From contig OZ255836.1 in the NCBI GenBank assembly GCA_965277715.1, forward strand, positions 288,001 to 352,000: 64,000 bases of DNA, in the 5' to 3' direction. The notes beneath the pieces were generated by a model. The model was not told where the DNA came from. It searched no databases and was given only the letters and a program-made list of their open reading frames with translations. Position numbers and translations under genes: made by a program. Positions within the stretch are counted from its first letter, which is position 1, and each line of letters opens with the position of its first letter. This stretch comes from Gammaproteobacteria bacterium. GTDB lineage: Bacteria; Pseudomonadota; Gammaproteobacteria; JBCCGL01. This document shows, in pieces, positions 22,901 through 32,393 of the stretch.

Positions 22901-23331
22901 GGGCCGCTATCAGCGCCTCGCTAAAGGAGCTTGGCGTTGCCCAGGAAGCGTGTGAACAGGCGGTAAAACGTTGCCAGGAAACGCTCAACAATACACTGGA
23001 TGATCCACGTGGTCGGTGGTTGTTGTCATCGCATCAGCACGCTGCCAGCGAGTTTGCTGTGTCGGGGCTACACGAGGGGGGCGTGGCAATGTACATTATT
23101 GACCGCACTTTTATCGATGAGAGCGGTGTTCGCTGGATAGTCGACTACAAAACCGGTGACCATCAGGGCGGCGATAGCGCGCAGTTTCTCGACCGCGAGA
23201 AAACCCGCTACCAGCAGCAGTTACAGGGTTACGCGGAACTGATGCAGCACCTGGATTCTGCGCCCATTCGACTGGGGTTGTATTTTCCCACGATCAAGGG
23301 GTGGCGTGAGTGGGCTGCAGGTGAAGGGTGA
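19936..23331 (+). CDS. addA: AddA-like UvrD-family helicase-nuclease
   Basis: APAGSGKT, VDEFQD, GDPMQSIYRFRQA, TIHKSKGLEF, YVAVTRA, C-terminal IDR..VDYKTG. Confidence 0.85.
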   Translation: MSNTVADAVARHRALDPAQSFIVQAPAGSGKTELLTQRFLRLLACVRHPEEIIALTFTRKAAAEMRARISTALHDVAAGKTPESDNDKTRFSLAAKALQRDAECHWQLQENPQRLRVMTIDAFNGALVRQMPLMSRMGGPLTTTDRAGAHYREAVRRSILHLEQEGEYQSALATLLGYFDNRVERVEQQLVTMLAKREQWLSLVGSTLALDEAELKRQLEAVLAEHVETRIRALCEAVPEGLPARLLPLARFAAEQLRVSGRQSPILSLLDITEMPGSDWPALDQWKAIAALLLISDKATPRKKVNVGQGFPAGANFADNKQAMQAVLGALVDAPAFLHCLDSVRNLPERGYSDLRWRVLRALCKVLLLTVAALRVEFAAHGQVDHSENTLRALQALGDEDQPSDLALSLDYRIHHLLVDEFQDTSVAQFDLLARLLRGWQPGDGRSLFLVGDPMQSIYRFRQAEVSLFLGAREYGVGDVALTPLYLTQNFRASAALVGWVNRTFAQVFPAVENLAEGTVAFAASTTTVDAPSDDASSHDTPPDDTQVHIYPAPDWRQEAQQIVDIIQHSQQAHPERTIAVLVRSRTHLLPLYPLLQAHAIDYQAVGIEKLSEREVVRDLLSLTRALLHPADAIAWLAILRAPWCGLTLADLLVLSDVASASAAVLDAALVERLSDDGAQRLQRFQSALRPALQCAGRVPWAGLVRSTWLALGGPACVANTAAINDAKCFFEQLTAAQNASPTLSVSDLQQRLAEQVAPVETPGDTRLQLMTIHKSKGLEFDTVIVPGLGRFGRGDEALPIKWLQTHDGRLLLAPAKQPDEPEADAIYQLIGAVEKEKADNELKRLLYVAVTRARSSIHLLGHATIRNNGVSCDKRSLLQVIWPQVEAAFADLCAACDDDEVIQDLPASPPLLHRLPGDWRMPPLQPALGCDDGVLNTQSPSQPDQQAIEFDWASLVARHIGTVVHQYLQRIADEGVAHWSLPRISAQRAAISASLKELGVAQEACEQAVKRCQETLNNTLDDPRGRWLLSSHQHAASEFAVSGLHEGGVAMYIIDRTFIDESGVRWIVDYKTGDHQGGDSAQFLDREKTRYQQQLQGYAELMQHLDSAPIRLGLYFPTIKGWREWAAGEG

Positions 23332-23537
23332 AGGGGCCAAATGGTTGGAAATAGTGAGGCCAGTTGAAGTTGAACGGTTTTTTTTTTGTTGAGAATGAAG
23401 TAAGTTTGCCTACACAAAATAGTTGATAATGCGTGCAACGCTATTCCGCCGTGGTGGGTGGCGTGGTTGTTAGTTATTTTGCACTAAAGCAGCGGGTGTT
23501 TGTGTCATCCGTATTTGCGTTAATCTGGAGGAAGAGT

Positions 23538-24683
23538 ATGTCCAAAAAGCTATCTCACACTGTCAATCGATCTCGTCGCGATTTTTTGAAGACGAGCACA
23601 ATCGCAGGTACAGCCGTCGCTGCGCCCTGGATCATTAGCCGCGAGGCGATGGGTGCAGGCGAGCTCAACGTGCTGATGTGGTCAGATTACCTGCCCCCCG
23701 ACTGGATTGCTGCGTTTGAAAAAGAAACCGGCATCAAGTTGAACTACACCGGCATCGGCTCTAATGAAGAAATTATCAATAAAATGAAAGCCACCAACGG
23801 TGCGGGCATTGATATCTGTAGCCCAACCAACAACCGCTCGGGTCAATGGGTCGATCTCGGTCTGTTACAACCCTGGGATTATGGCCGTGTCAGCAACATC
23901 GCAAATGCCAACCCAGCGATGTTGAAAGTGGGCGATACCGAGTGGAATTTTGCCGGTAAAGGTTCGCATTGGTTACCGCATATCTGGGGTACTGAGGCAA
24001 TTGGCTGGCGCACCGATCTGTTCTCACCTGCTGGTGGTGTGCCGAGCTATGGCAATATCTGGGATAAAGACAATGCCGGTAAAACCATGATCCGTCCGCA
24101 CAGCGGTATGCTGGGTGCCGGTTTGTACATGGAAACCATCGGTGAACTGGAGCCGGGTGATGTCTGGAAGGCCTATGGCAGTGAAGCGGCTATGCGCCCG
24201 ATCTGGCAGAAAATCACCGATTTCTGTATTGCCCGCAAATCACAGATCAAACTGTTCTGGAATGATGCAGACAGCCAGAAAAACGGCCTGCTCAACGACG
24301 GCGTTATCGTCGGTCAAACCTGGGATGGCCCGATACTGGCACTCAAAGGTGCTGGCGAGCCGGTTACCTATCAGGCACCCAAAGAAGGTGCGATGGCCTG
24401 GGTCGATGGTATGTCATTGTCCAAGTCGGCTAAAAATGTCGATGCAGCTTACGCATTCGTCGAGTTCTGTTTCCGTAAAGAACCGGCGGGTAAAGCGATC
24501 GACAAGCACGGTTATAACTCCGCTGTTCTCGGTGCCGATGCATACGCTGGTGCACAGTACAAAACGAACTTTGCAGAAGCGTATCCGGGTGATGCACTGG
24601 CCAACCTCAACCCCTGGCCAGCAGAGCCACAATGGTACGCAGACGTACGCACCGAATACCGCAACAAATTCGTTAATGCGTAG
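23538..24683 (+). CDS. PotD/PotF-like ABC substrate-binding protein with Tat signal
   Basis: SRRDFLK twin-arginine motif, WSDY, WGT, WVDG; GGAGG RBS. Confidence 0.88.
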   Translation: MSKKLSHTVNRSRRDFLKTSTIAGTAVAAPWIISREAMGAGELNVLMWSDYLPPDWIAAFEKETGIKLNYTGIGSNEEIINKMKATNGAGIDICSPTNNRSGQWVDLGLLQPWDYGRVSNIANANPAMLKVGDTEWNFAGKGSHWLPHIWGTEAIGWRTDLFSPAGGVPSYGNIWDKDNAGKTMIRPHSGMLGAGLYMETIGELEPGDVWKAYGSEAAMRPIWQKITDFCIARKSQIKLFWNDADSQKNGLLNDGVIVGQTWDGPILALKGAGEPVTYQAPKEGAMAWVDGMSLSKSAKNVDAAYAFVEFCFRKEPAGKAIDKHGYNSAVLGADAYAGAQYKTNFAEAYPGDALANLNPWPAEPQWYADVRTEYRNKFVNA

Positions 24684-24710
24684 TAACCGTACAAACCTGT
24701 AGTACCCATA

Positions 24711-24736
24711 GCTGCCCTGGTGTGTATCAGGGCAGT
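24711..24736 (+). terminator. Intercistronic stem-loop after the binding-protein gene
   Basis: CTGCCCTG-N8-CAGGGCAG. Confidence 0.5.
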
Positions 24737-24782
24737 TGTGGTTTTGTATAACAATATCAATACCACCGGGAGACAGCGAGCT

Positions 24783-25880
24783 ATGAGCGCTGACGTACAG
24801 TTAGATAACGTCTGGATCCGATTTGGCGACTTTGTCGCTGCACGCGAGGCGAACCTCACTATTGAAGGCGGCGAGTTTTTTAGTTTTCTGGGGCCGTCCG
24901 GCTGCGGTAAAACCACCTTGCTGCGTGCGGTATCCGGCTTTCTTGAACCCTCTGAAGGGCGTGTCCTGATCGGTGGTAAGGATATGCACGGCATTGGCCC
25001 GAATAAGCGCCCCACTGCCCTTATCTTCCAAAACCTGGCGTTATTTCCCTTGATGCCGGTGTGGGAAAATATCGCCTTTTCGCTTGAAGTCAAAGGCGTC
25101 TCCAAAGCGGCGCGGCGCAAGCGAGCAGATGAATTGCTCGACCTGATTGCCCTGCCCGGCCAGGGTGATAAAAAAGTCAGCGAGCTATCGGGAGGCCAGA
25201 AACAACGCGTTGCCATTGCACGGGCACTGGCGGCCGAACCCAACGTTTTACTGCTCGATGAGCCTCTATCGGCACTCGATCTAAAACTGCGCCAGCACAT
25301 GCGCACGGAACTGCGTGAAATTCAACAGCGTGTTGGCCTGACATTTATCTACATCACCCATGATCAGGGCGAGGCGTTGACCATGTCGGATCGCGTTGCG
25401 GTGATGAGTGCCGGTGTGATCGAACAGATTGCCGATGGCACAACGATTTACGACAAACCCGGCTCGGCTTTCGTCGCTTCGTTTGTCGGAGAAAACAATT
25501 TATTTAAAGGTAAAGTGGCCGCCGTAAATGCCGGTGTCGCCGATGTCGAGACCAATGTCGGTGTGTTACATGCACGGATTTCCGGGGATAAACCGCTGAA
25601 TACCGGTGATGAGGCGTTTGTGTTTGTTCGGCCTGAATCACTGCGTTTTGCCAATGGCGCAGAGGCAGACAATCTGTTTGATGCTGAAGTGCAACAGCAG
25701 GAATTTGAAGGCAGTTTTCATCAGGTGTTTATGCGCGTTGCGGGTAGCGAAAAACCGATTCGCCTGTCGATGGTCAACGATGGCCATTCATTAGTCCATG
25801 GCAGCGGTGATAAGGTGCGGCTGGCGTGCTCTGCTGACCTGGCTGTGGCGCTTCCCGCTGGCCCGCTGGCGGCGGAGTAG
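24783..25880 (+). CDS. PotA-like ABC ATP-binding protein
   Basis: GPSGCGKT, LSGGQKQR, LLDEPLSALD, TOBE-like C-terminus. Confidence 0.93.
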   Translation: MSADVQLDNVWIRFGDFVAAREANLTIEGGEFFSFLGPSGCGKTTLLRAVSGFLEPSEGRVLIGGKDMHGIGPNKRPTALIFQNLALFPLMPVWENIAFSLEVKGVSKAARRKRADELLDLIALPGQGDKKVSELSGGQKQRVAIARALAAEPNVLLLDEPLSALDLKLRQHMRTELREIQQRVGLTFIYITHDQGEALTMSDRVAVMSAGVIEQIADGTTIYDKPGSAFVASFVGENNLFKGKVAAVNAGVADVETNVGVLHARISGDKPLNTGDEAFVFVRPESLRFANGAEADNLFDAEVQQQEFEGSFHQVFMRVAGSEKPIRLSMVNDGHSLVHGSGDKVRLACSADLAVALPAGPLAAE

Positions 25881-25884
25881 CGGC

Positions 25885-26814
25885 ATGAACCCACGTGCTT
25901 ATTTTCAGGATTTTTTCCGCCGTAACGGCACGGCTCTATCGATCTTTCTGTTGGTATCGGTGGGGGTTTGGCTGTTTATTATGATTATCCTGCCGCAGCT
26001 GTTTATGGTGGATTTTTCATTCCGCTATAACCTGCCACCTGCCGATATGGGCAGCCACAAGGATGTTTACACAATAAGCCATTATAAGTTCATGGTGTTT
26101 GGTAGCGAGAGTAGTGGCGAGGCCTATAACACGGTGGATATCAGTGTTTTTTTCCGCACTATTCTGGCGGCTGTGTTTGTCACCGTTTTTGATTTAATCC
26201 TGTGCTACCCGGTCGCTTATGTCATGGCACATACCGCCGTGGGTGGCTGGGGACGGCTTATGGTATTGGCGTTGATTGTGCCCTATTGGGTGAATGAATT
26301 GCTGCGTGCGTTTGCATTCAAGATTATGTTTGGCTCCACCGGCATCATCAATGGCGCCTTGATGTGGCTGGGTGTGATCGATCAGCCGTATGATTTTATC
26401 CGTGAAAATGTGGCGCTTTACTCGGGCTTGGGCTATGCCTACCTGTTATTGATGATTTTCCCCATTTACAATGCCGTGGAGAGCCTCGACAAAAGCCAGC
26501 TGGAGGCGGCGGTGGATATGGGTTCACCCTGGTGGCGGACGCATTTGCGGGTGGTGATTCCCTATGCCAAGCCCGGCATTACCTCGGGTTGTACGATGGT
26601 GTTTATGTTGAGCGCCGGAGCATTGGCCGCGCCGCAAATTCTGGGTGGTCCCAGCAGTCTGTGGTTTACCCAAATCATCTACCAGTGGTTTAACACGGGG
26701 GGCAATTGGCCGCGTGGATCTGCCTATGGGATTATCCTGCTTGGCAGTTGTATCATCTTTGTGTTGATTATGATGAAGGTGTTTAAAGTCCGGCTTGGGG
26801 AGATCGCACGATGA
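25885..26814 (+). CDS. PotB-like ABC permease
   Basis: TM helices, EAAVDMG EAA loop. Confidence 0.9.
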   Translation: MNPRAYFQDFFRRNGTALSIFLLVSVGVWLFIMIILPQLFMVDFSFRYNLPPADMGSHKDVYTISHYKFMVFGSESSGEAYNTVDISVFFRTILAAVFVTVFDLILCYPVAYVMAHTAVGGWGRLMVLALIVPYWVNELLRAFAFKIMFGSTGIINGALMWLGVIDQPYDFIRENVALYSGLGYAYLLLMIFPIYNAVESLDKSQLEAAVDMGSPWWRTHLRVVIPYAKPGITSGCTMVFMLSAGALAAPQILGGPSSLWFTQIIYQWFNTGGNWPRGSAYGIILLGSCIIFVLIMMKVFKVRLGEIAR

Positions 26815-28091
26815 GATCGGAAACCATGCTGCGCCTCTGGTCGGTTTTTTTCGTTCTCGGCTTTTTCATCTACCTGTTTGGTCCATTGATTCTAATGAGC
26901 TTCACCGCGTTTAACAGCTCGGCATTTCCACGTGTTAGCCCCTGGGATTGTTTTAGCGTCGAATGGTTTAATGTGTTGAGTCAGGATGACCGCCTAATGC
27001 TCGGTTTGCGCAATAGCATCATTATCGGTTTTGGTGTCGTCTGTGTCTCAGTGCCCGTTGGTTTGGCGGGCTCGCTGATGTTGATGCAGGTCAGTACCCG
27101 CCTGCGCCCCTGGTATTACACTATCGTTATCTCACCGATTCTGATTCCCGGTGTAGTGCTGGGGATCTCCACGCTGATTTTCTGGGAGCGCATTCGCCAG
27201 ATGTTTGGCCTGGGGGCGGATACGTTTATGAGCAACGGTATATTTCTCACCATCATCGGTCAGGCAACCTTTATCTCTGCTTATGTCATGCTTGTGTTTA
27301 TCGCCCGTTTACAGCGATTTGATCCGGTGTTGGAGGAGGCCTCGCTCGACCTGGGGGCCACACACGTACAGACATTTCGTAAAATCCTGTTGCCGTTTTT
27401 GAAGCCTGCTATTGCCTCTGGTGCGGTGTTGGCCTTTTTGGCGTCGTTTGAAAACTACAACACCACCGTGTTTACGGCTTTATCTGAGAGTACGCTAACG
27501 ACCGTGTTGGCCAGTAAAGTACGTTACGGTATCGATCCGTCGATCAGTGCACTGGCGGTGATTATTGTTTTTCTGACATTGGTTGGGGCGGTGGTATATG
27601 AAATTGCCAAGCGCCGGGAACTTGCCGAGGCAATCCTGTCATCCGGTTCAGAAAAACCTGCCCGGTTAAAAAAGCCGCTGTTTATGGACCCTGCACTGTT
27701 GATTATGGTGTGCGTGGTTATCGCGGGGTTGGGCACGGTCTATTTTGCGGGCACTATTGGTGTTGACGAGTGTAAAGTCGCCGTTAAGGAACAAAAGCGC
27801 CTCGATACGCAACGACGCATTGAAGCGCTGAAAAAGAAACAAATGTTTCAAAGTGCACAGCCGCAGGAAGAGGCTGCCAGCAGTGAAATAGTACCGAAAG
27901 CTAAAAGTAAGGATAAGGCGAAGGGAACAGAAAATTTCCAGAATTTATTTGCCCCGGATAATCTTGAGGGACAGTCCGGCTCTTCTAATGATCAACCGGT
28001 GAAAGGCACGGAGAACTTTCAGAATCTGTTTGCCCCGGATAACCTGGAAGGGCAGGTGGATTCTGCTGAGGGGGCGGAAACAGACCAGTAA
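26811..28091 (+). CDS. PotC-like ABC permease with an extra TM helix and a long C-terminal tail
   Basis: EEASLDLGA loop; about 160-aa extension beyond the usual PotC end. Confidence 0.88.
   Translation: MRSETMLRLWSVFFVLGFFIYLFGPLILMSFTAFNSSAFPRVSPWDCFSVEWFNVLSQDDRLMLGLRNSIIIGFGVVCVSVPVGLAGSLMLMQVSTRLRPWYYTIVISPILIPGVVLGISTLIFWERIRQMFGLGADTFMSNGIFLTIIGQATFISAYVMLVFIARLQRFDPVLEEASLDLGATHVQTFRKILLPFLKPAIASGAVLAFLASFENYNTTVFTALSESTLTTVLASKVRYGIDPSISALAVIIVFLTLVGAVVYEIAKRRELAEAILSSGSEKPARLKKPLFMDPALLIMVCVVIAGLGTVYFAGTIGVDECKVAVKEQKRLDTQRRIEALKKKQMFQSAQPQEEAASSEIVPKAKSKDKAKGTENFQNLFAPDNLEGQSGSSNDQPVKGTENFQNLFAPDNLEGQVDSAEGAETDQ
27921..28055 (+). repeat. Two copies of the 18-codon repeat KGTENFQNLFAPDNLEGQ
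   Basis: 27921-27974 and 28002-28055: identical peptide, divergent codons. Confidence 0.95.
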
Positions 28092-28152
28092 ACAGGCCGA
28101 CAAACAAGTCAGGTAAAATATTGGAACGGCAGTATTGAAGCGGTGATAATGA

Positions 28153-28365
28153 CTATTCGGCCCGCGCAAAGCGCGGGTCGAAATCAAAACGTATAGAAAG
28201 TATTGAGAATCGCTTCGCGTTTGAGGTGCACGGGTAATTCCATTGCCTCCAGTGCTTTGCTTGAGGCGAGGTAGACTACCCGTACACCTTTACTGTTCCA
28301 GCGGCCACCGTGCAAAAAGGCGCCTTCACCGGATAGCATTTGCCCGGTTGATACTGCGTATTTGA
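28153..28365 (-). pseudogene. RES-domain toxin remnant (internal deletion)
   Basis: SGEGAFLHGGRWNSKGVRVVYLASS then an out-of-frame FDFDPR terminal motif. Confidence 0.75.
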
Positions 28366-28370
28366 TTTGC

Positions 28371-29327
28371 CTATCTCGACGTTGTCCGCAGTTTCTGTGG
28401 CGTAATATTGTAGTGATCGCGAAAGCACTTGGTGAAATGCGATTGTGTGGTGAAGCCTGTCGCAATGGCAATTTGCATCACCGACATTCCGGTTTCCAAC
28501 AGCATACTGCGTGCGTGTTGAATGCGGATTTTCATATAAAATTTTTGCGGTGTGCAGTGGCAGTATTTGTGGCAGAGCCTTTCCAGTTGGCGCAACGATA
28601 AGCCAATTTTCTGCGCTATCGCCATCGGGTTCAGTGGAAACTCGACGTTTTGTGTCATCAGCCGCACAGCCTCTGCCAATTTGGGGGATTTTCTGGCCAG
28701 TGCTAAGCGTTCGGCCAATTGCTGTTGATCCTGTGGGGTACGCATACGGTCGTGTTGAAAAAATACCGCTACACGTGAAGCCAGGTCCACGCCGTGGTGG
28801 TCACCAATAAGGTTTAAAATCATATCCATTGACGATGTACCGCCAGAGCTGGTCAGTCGATTGCGGTCAATTTCAAACAGGCTGTAGGATGTGTCCAGTG
28901 TGGGAAATGCCTCGACAAACGCGGGCATATCGTCCCAGTGGATCGTGCAACGATAGCCATCCAGCAATTTGGCATTGGCGAGCACAAAGGGGCCGGAACT
29001 GACCGCACCAACAACAATATTTCGGCTGGCTGCATTGCGTAACCAATGTAGAATAGATGGGCTTTTAACCTTGTGAGCGCCCACACCGGCGGTGACAAAC
29101 AGATAGTCGACATCGGCCGGTGCCTCGATGCTGGTATCGGGAACAATCTCGATATTGTGTTTGGACGAGATATTGTTCCCATCCGGTGAATACACTTTCC
29201 AGGTGTAGAGCAGTTCACCACTGAGCTGGTTCGCCGCTCGCAGTGGCTCGATGGTGGCGGTGAATGCCATCAGTGAAAAACCGGGGATGAGCAAGAAACC
29301 GAATGATCGGGGGGAACTGGGCTGCAT
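28371..29327 (-). CDS. GlxA/GbdR-family AraC transcriptional regulator
   Basis: FSLMAF..EPLRAAN, CTIHW amidase-like domain plus C-terminal AraC double HTH. Confidence 0.92.
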   Translation of the reverse strand: MQPSSPRSFGFLLIPGFSLMAFTATIEPLRAANQLSGELLYTWKVYSPDGNNISSKHNIEIVPDTSIEAPADVDYLFVTAGVGAHKVKSPSILHWLRNAASRNIVVGAVSSGPFVLANAKLLDGYRCTIHWDDMPAFVEAFPTLDTSYSLFEIDRNRLTSSGGTSSMDMILNLIGDHHGVDLASRVAVFFQHDRMRTPQDQQQLAERLALARKSPKLAEAVRLMTQNVEFPLNPMAIAQKIGLSLRQLERLCHKYCHCTPQKFYMKIRIQHARSMLLETGMSVMQIAIATGFTTQSHFTKCFRDHYNITPQKLRTTSR

Positions 29328-29438
29328 GGTTTTTCCGACGAAATAATCGATGAAGTCAATTCTGAATAATACGATAAAAAAAGTCGTTTAAAAAATAATT
29401 ACTGGCATATCAATAGTTTTTATTGAGGTTTTTATACG

Positions 29439-30713
29439 TTGCAAACACCGAACTGCGCTGCTCCCGCTTCCACGCCTACACCACTCGATGGCATCAGGGT
29501 GCTGGACTTAAGCCGTATTTTGGCGGGGCCAAGCTGCACCCAGCTATTGGGCGATCTGGGGGCCGATGTGATCAAAGTCGAGCGCCCTGATGTGGGCGAT
29601 GATACGCGTAGCTGGGGGCCGCCCTATATTAAAGATGTGGAGGGTGAAAACACCAGCGAAAGTGCTTATTACCTGTGCGCGAACCGTAACAAACGCTCGA
29701 TTGCTATCGATATTACCCGCCCCGAAGGGCAATCACTGATTTGTGATTTATTGGCACATTGCGATGTGTTGGTGGAAAATTTTAAAGTCGGTGGGCTGCA
29801 AAAGTACACACTTGCCTATCCACAATTAAAGGCAGCATTTCCCGATCTGGTCTATTGCTCGATCACCGGGTTTGGTCAAACCGGGCCTTATGCCGCCCGC
29901 GCAGGCTACGATTTTATGATTCAGGGCATGGGCGGCGTGATGAGTTTGACAGGAGAGCCAAACGGTACGCCACAAAAAGTTGGTGTTGCGATTGCCGATA
30001 TTATGGCTGGCATGTATGCCAGCAATGCGATACTCGCCGCCTTACGGCACCGCGATAATGGCGGTGGCGGTCAGCATATCGACCTGTCGCTATTGGATAC
30101 ACAGCTAGCCTGGCTGATGAATACCGCGACCAATTACCTGACTTCCAACGAAGTACCCGCCCGCTACGGCAATGCACACCCGAATATTGTCCCTTATCAG
30201 GCATTTCCCACCGCTGATGGTTTTTTGATTCTGGCGATTGGCAACGACACGCAGTTTCAGAAGTTTTGTGGTTTTGCCGGGTGTACCGGGCTGGCTGAGG
30301 ATCAACGCTTTGCCAGCAACCCGTCACGCGTGGTCCATCGCGATACGCTGGTGCCGATGCTCAATAACATCATGCAGACAAAAACCTCACAGCAATGGTT
30401 GGATGGCCTGGAAAATCTTGGCGTGCCCTGCGGCCCTATAAACGATCTTGAGCAGGTGTTTAATGACCCACAGGTACAATACCGGGAAATGAAGCTGTCT
30501 ATATCGCATCCTTTGTCGGGAAAGGGGGTGGAATCACCCGCTGAACCCGGCACTATAGATTTAGTGGCAAACCCGATTCGATTTTCAGAAACACCTGTGC
30601 GTTACCGCCATCCACCGCCCACATTGGCACAGCATACAGATGAAATTCTTGAAACGTTATTGGGGATGGATAAAGCGCAACGTGAGCGGCTGAGGGCGTT
30701 AGATATTATTTGA
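29439..30713 (+). CDS. CaiB/BaiF class III CoA-transferase
   Basis: LDLSRILAGP, LGADVIKVE, NRNKRS, HPNIVPYQ. Confidence 0.93.
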   Translation: MQTPNCAAPASTPTPLDGIRVLDLSRILAGPSCTQLLGDLGADVIKVERPDVGDDTRSWGPPYIKDVEGENTSESAYYLCANRNKRSIAIDITRPEGQSLICDLLAHCDVLVENFKVGGLQKYTLAYPQLKAAFPDLVYCSITGFGQTGPYAARAGYDFMIQGMGGVMSLTGEPNGTPQKVGVAIADIMAGMYASNAILAALRHRDNGGGGQHIDLSLLDTQLAWLMNTATNYLTSNEVPARYGNAHPNIVPYQAFPTADGFLILAIGNDTQFQKFCGFAGCTGLAEDQRFASNPSRVVHRDTLVPMLNNIMQTKTSQQWLDGLENLGVPCGPINDLEQVFNDPQVQYREMKLSISHPLSGKGVESPAEPGTIDLVANPIRFSETPVRYRHPPPTLAQHTDEILETLLGMDKAQRERLRALDII

Positions 30714-31155
30714 GCGTAGTGGTCGTTACATTGGTTGTGTCAGTCTTTTGTTTAACTTGGTGTCTAATTATTTTACGGTAATTTTTTTTGGGTGAAACTT
30801 CAATCAAATCGACATACCCCTGTGATTAAGTGAGCAGACCACTAAGACCCTAAACGCTCCAGGAAACGTTTGCGCAGTGTTGAGCTTATTGTAGGGTGTA
30901 ACAGGTTTTGCTTTTATTACAGGTGGATTTTTTTTGTTATTTAAAGGTGTAGCGTTCTTATTATATTGAAAACGATAATGTTTTTGCTGTCCATAGCATC
31001 ACAAGCCAAACAATACCGTATCTGTGTGGCTCAGTCTAACGCTTATGGTGGTAGTTTGTAGCATAAGTTTGTTTGAGGGGGCTGGCGTCAGTGACCCGCT
31101 GCCAACCAGCTGTTAAAATAAGCGGATTTGATTGCGTAGTAATCTGAGAGACACT

Positions 31156-31881
31156 ATGGCTGGACACAGTAAATGGGCAAATATTCAACACCGCAAAGGC
31201 GCTCAGGATGCCAAGCGCGGTAAGTTGTTTACCCGGCTCATTCGGGAAATCACCATCGCGGCAAAAATGGGTGGTTCTGACCCGGCGTCAAACCCACGTT
31301 TGCGCCTGGCTATTGATAAAGCGCTGTCTGGCAATATGACCAAGGACACCATCGAACGGGCGGTCAAACGCGGTGCCGGTGAGCTCGAAGGGGTTAACTA
31401 CGAAGAGGTGCGCTATGAGGGTTACGGTACTGGGGGCGTTGCCATTATGGTCGACTGCCTCACGGATAACCGCAACCGCACCGTGGCTGAAGTGCGCCAT
31501 GCGTTCACAAAATACGGTGGCAATATGGGCACAGATGGCTCGGTGGCTTATCTGTTTGGCAAGATTGGGGTATTGGTATACCCACCGGGTAGCGATGAAG
31601 AGTTGATTATGGAGGCGGCGCTGGAGGCGGGAGCCGATGATGTGGTTGCACACGACGATGGTTCGGTGGAAGTGATCACTGATACGGAGCACTTTGTCGA
31701 TGTGAAGCAGGCTATTAGCCTGGATGCAGAACACGCAGAAGTGACCATGAAAGCCGCTACGGAAATAACCCTGGACGACGAACAGGCCGAAAAGCTATTG
31801 AGAATGCTCGATGCCATTGAAGAGCTTGATGATGTGCAGGATGTCTATACCAACGCCGATTTCCCCGATTCTGTACTGTAG
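31156..31881 (+). CDS. yebC: YebC/PmpR-family protein
   Basis: [19 protein letters not shown]. Confidence 0.97.
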   Translation: MAGHSKWANIQHRKGAQDAKRGKLFTRLIREITIAAKMGGSDPASNPRLRLAIDKALSGNMTKDTIERAVKRGAGELEGVNYEEVRYEGYGTGGVAIMVDCLTDNRNRTVAEVRHAFTKYGGNMGTDGSVAYLFGKIGVLVYPPGSDEELIMEAALEAGADDVVAHDDGSVEVITDTEHFVDVKQAISLDAEHAEVTMKAATEITLDDEQAEKLLRMLDAIEELDDVQDVYTNADFPDSVL

Positions 31882-31889
31882 CCCGTTTA

Positions 31890-32393
31890 GTGGCCACTCC
31901 CCTTGTACGCATACTGGGCATCGACCCCGGCTCGGTTATCACCGGTTACGGCGTTATCCAGAGTGATGGAATGCGCAGCCAACATCTGTCGCACGGGCAT
32001 ATCCGCGTACAGGGTGGCGACTTTCCCCAGCGGTTGGGGAATATTTTTGCCCGCATTCGCGAGGTTATTATCGAGTGGCAACCACAGGAGTGCGCGGTGG
32101 AATCGGTATTTATGAGTAATAACGCCCTGTCTGCACTCAAGCTGGGACAGGCACGCGGCGCGGCGATCAGTGCGGTGGTCGATGCGGGTGTCGATGTCAG
32201 CGAATACATGCCACGGCGGATTAAACAAAGCGTGACGGGCACCGGCGGTGCCACTAAAGAACAGGTGCAACACATGGTGGGCGTATTGCTAAACATACGC
32301 AATAGCCTGCAGGCCGATGCGGCTGACGGGCTGGCGGTGGCTTTGTGCCATGCCCACTCGCGTGGCCTCAAATCAGTGGGAGTAAAAAAATGA
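31890..32393 (+). CDS. ruvC: Holliday junction resolvase RuvC
   Basis: ILGIDPG, LGQARG, DAADGLAVA. Confidence 0.97.
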   Translation: MATPLVRILGIDPGSVITGYGVIQSDGMRSQHLSHGHIRVQGGDFPQRLGNIFARIREVIIEWQPQECAVESVFMSNNALSALKLGQARGAAISAVVDAGVDVSEYMPRRIKQSVTGTGGATKEQVQHMVGVLLNIRNSLQADAADGLAVALCHAHSRGLKSVGVKK

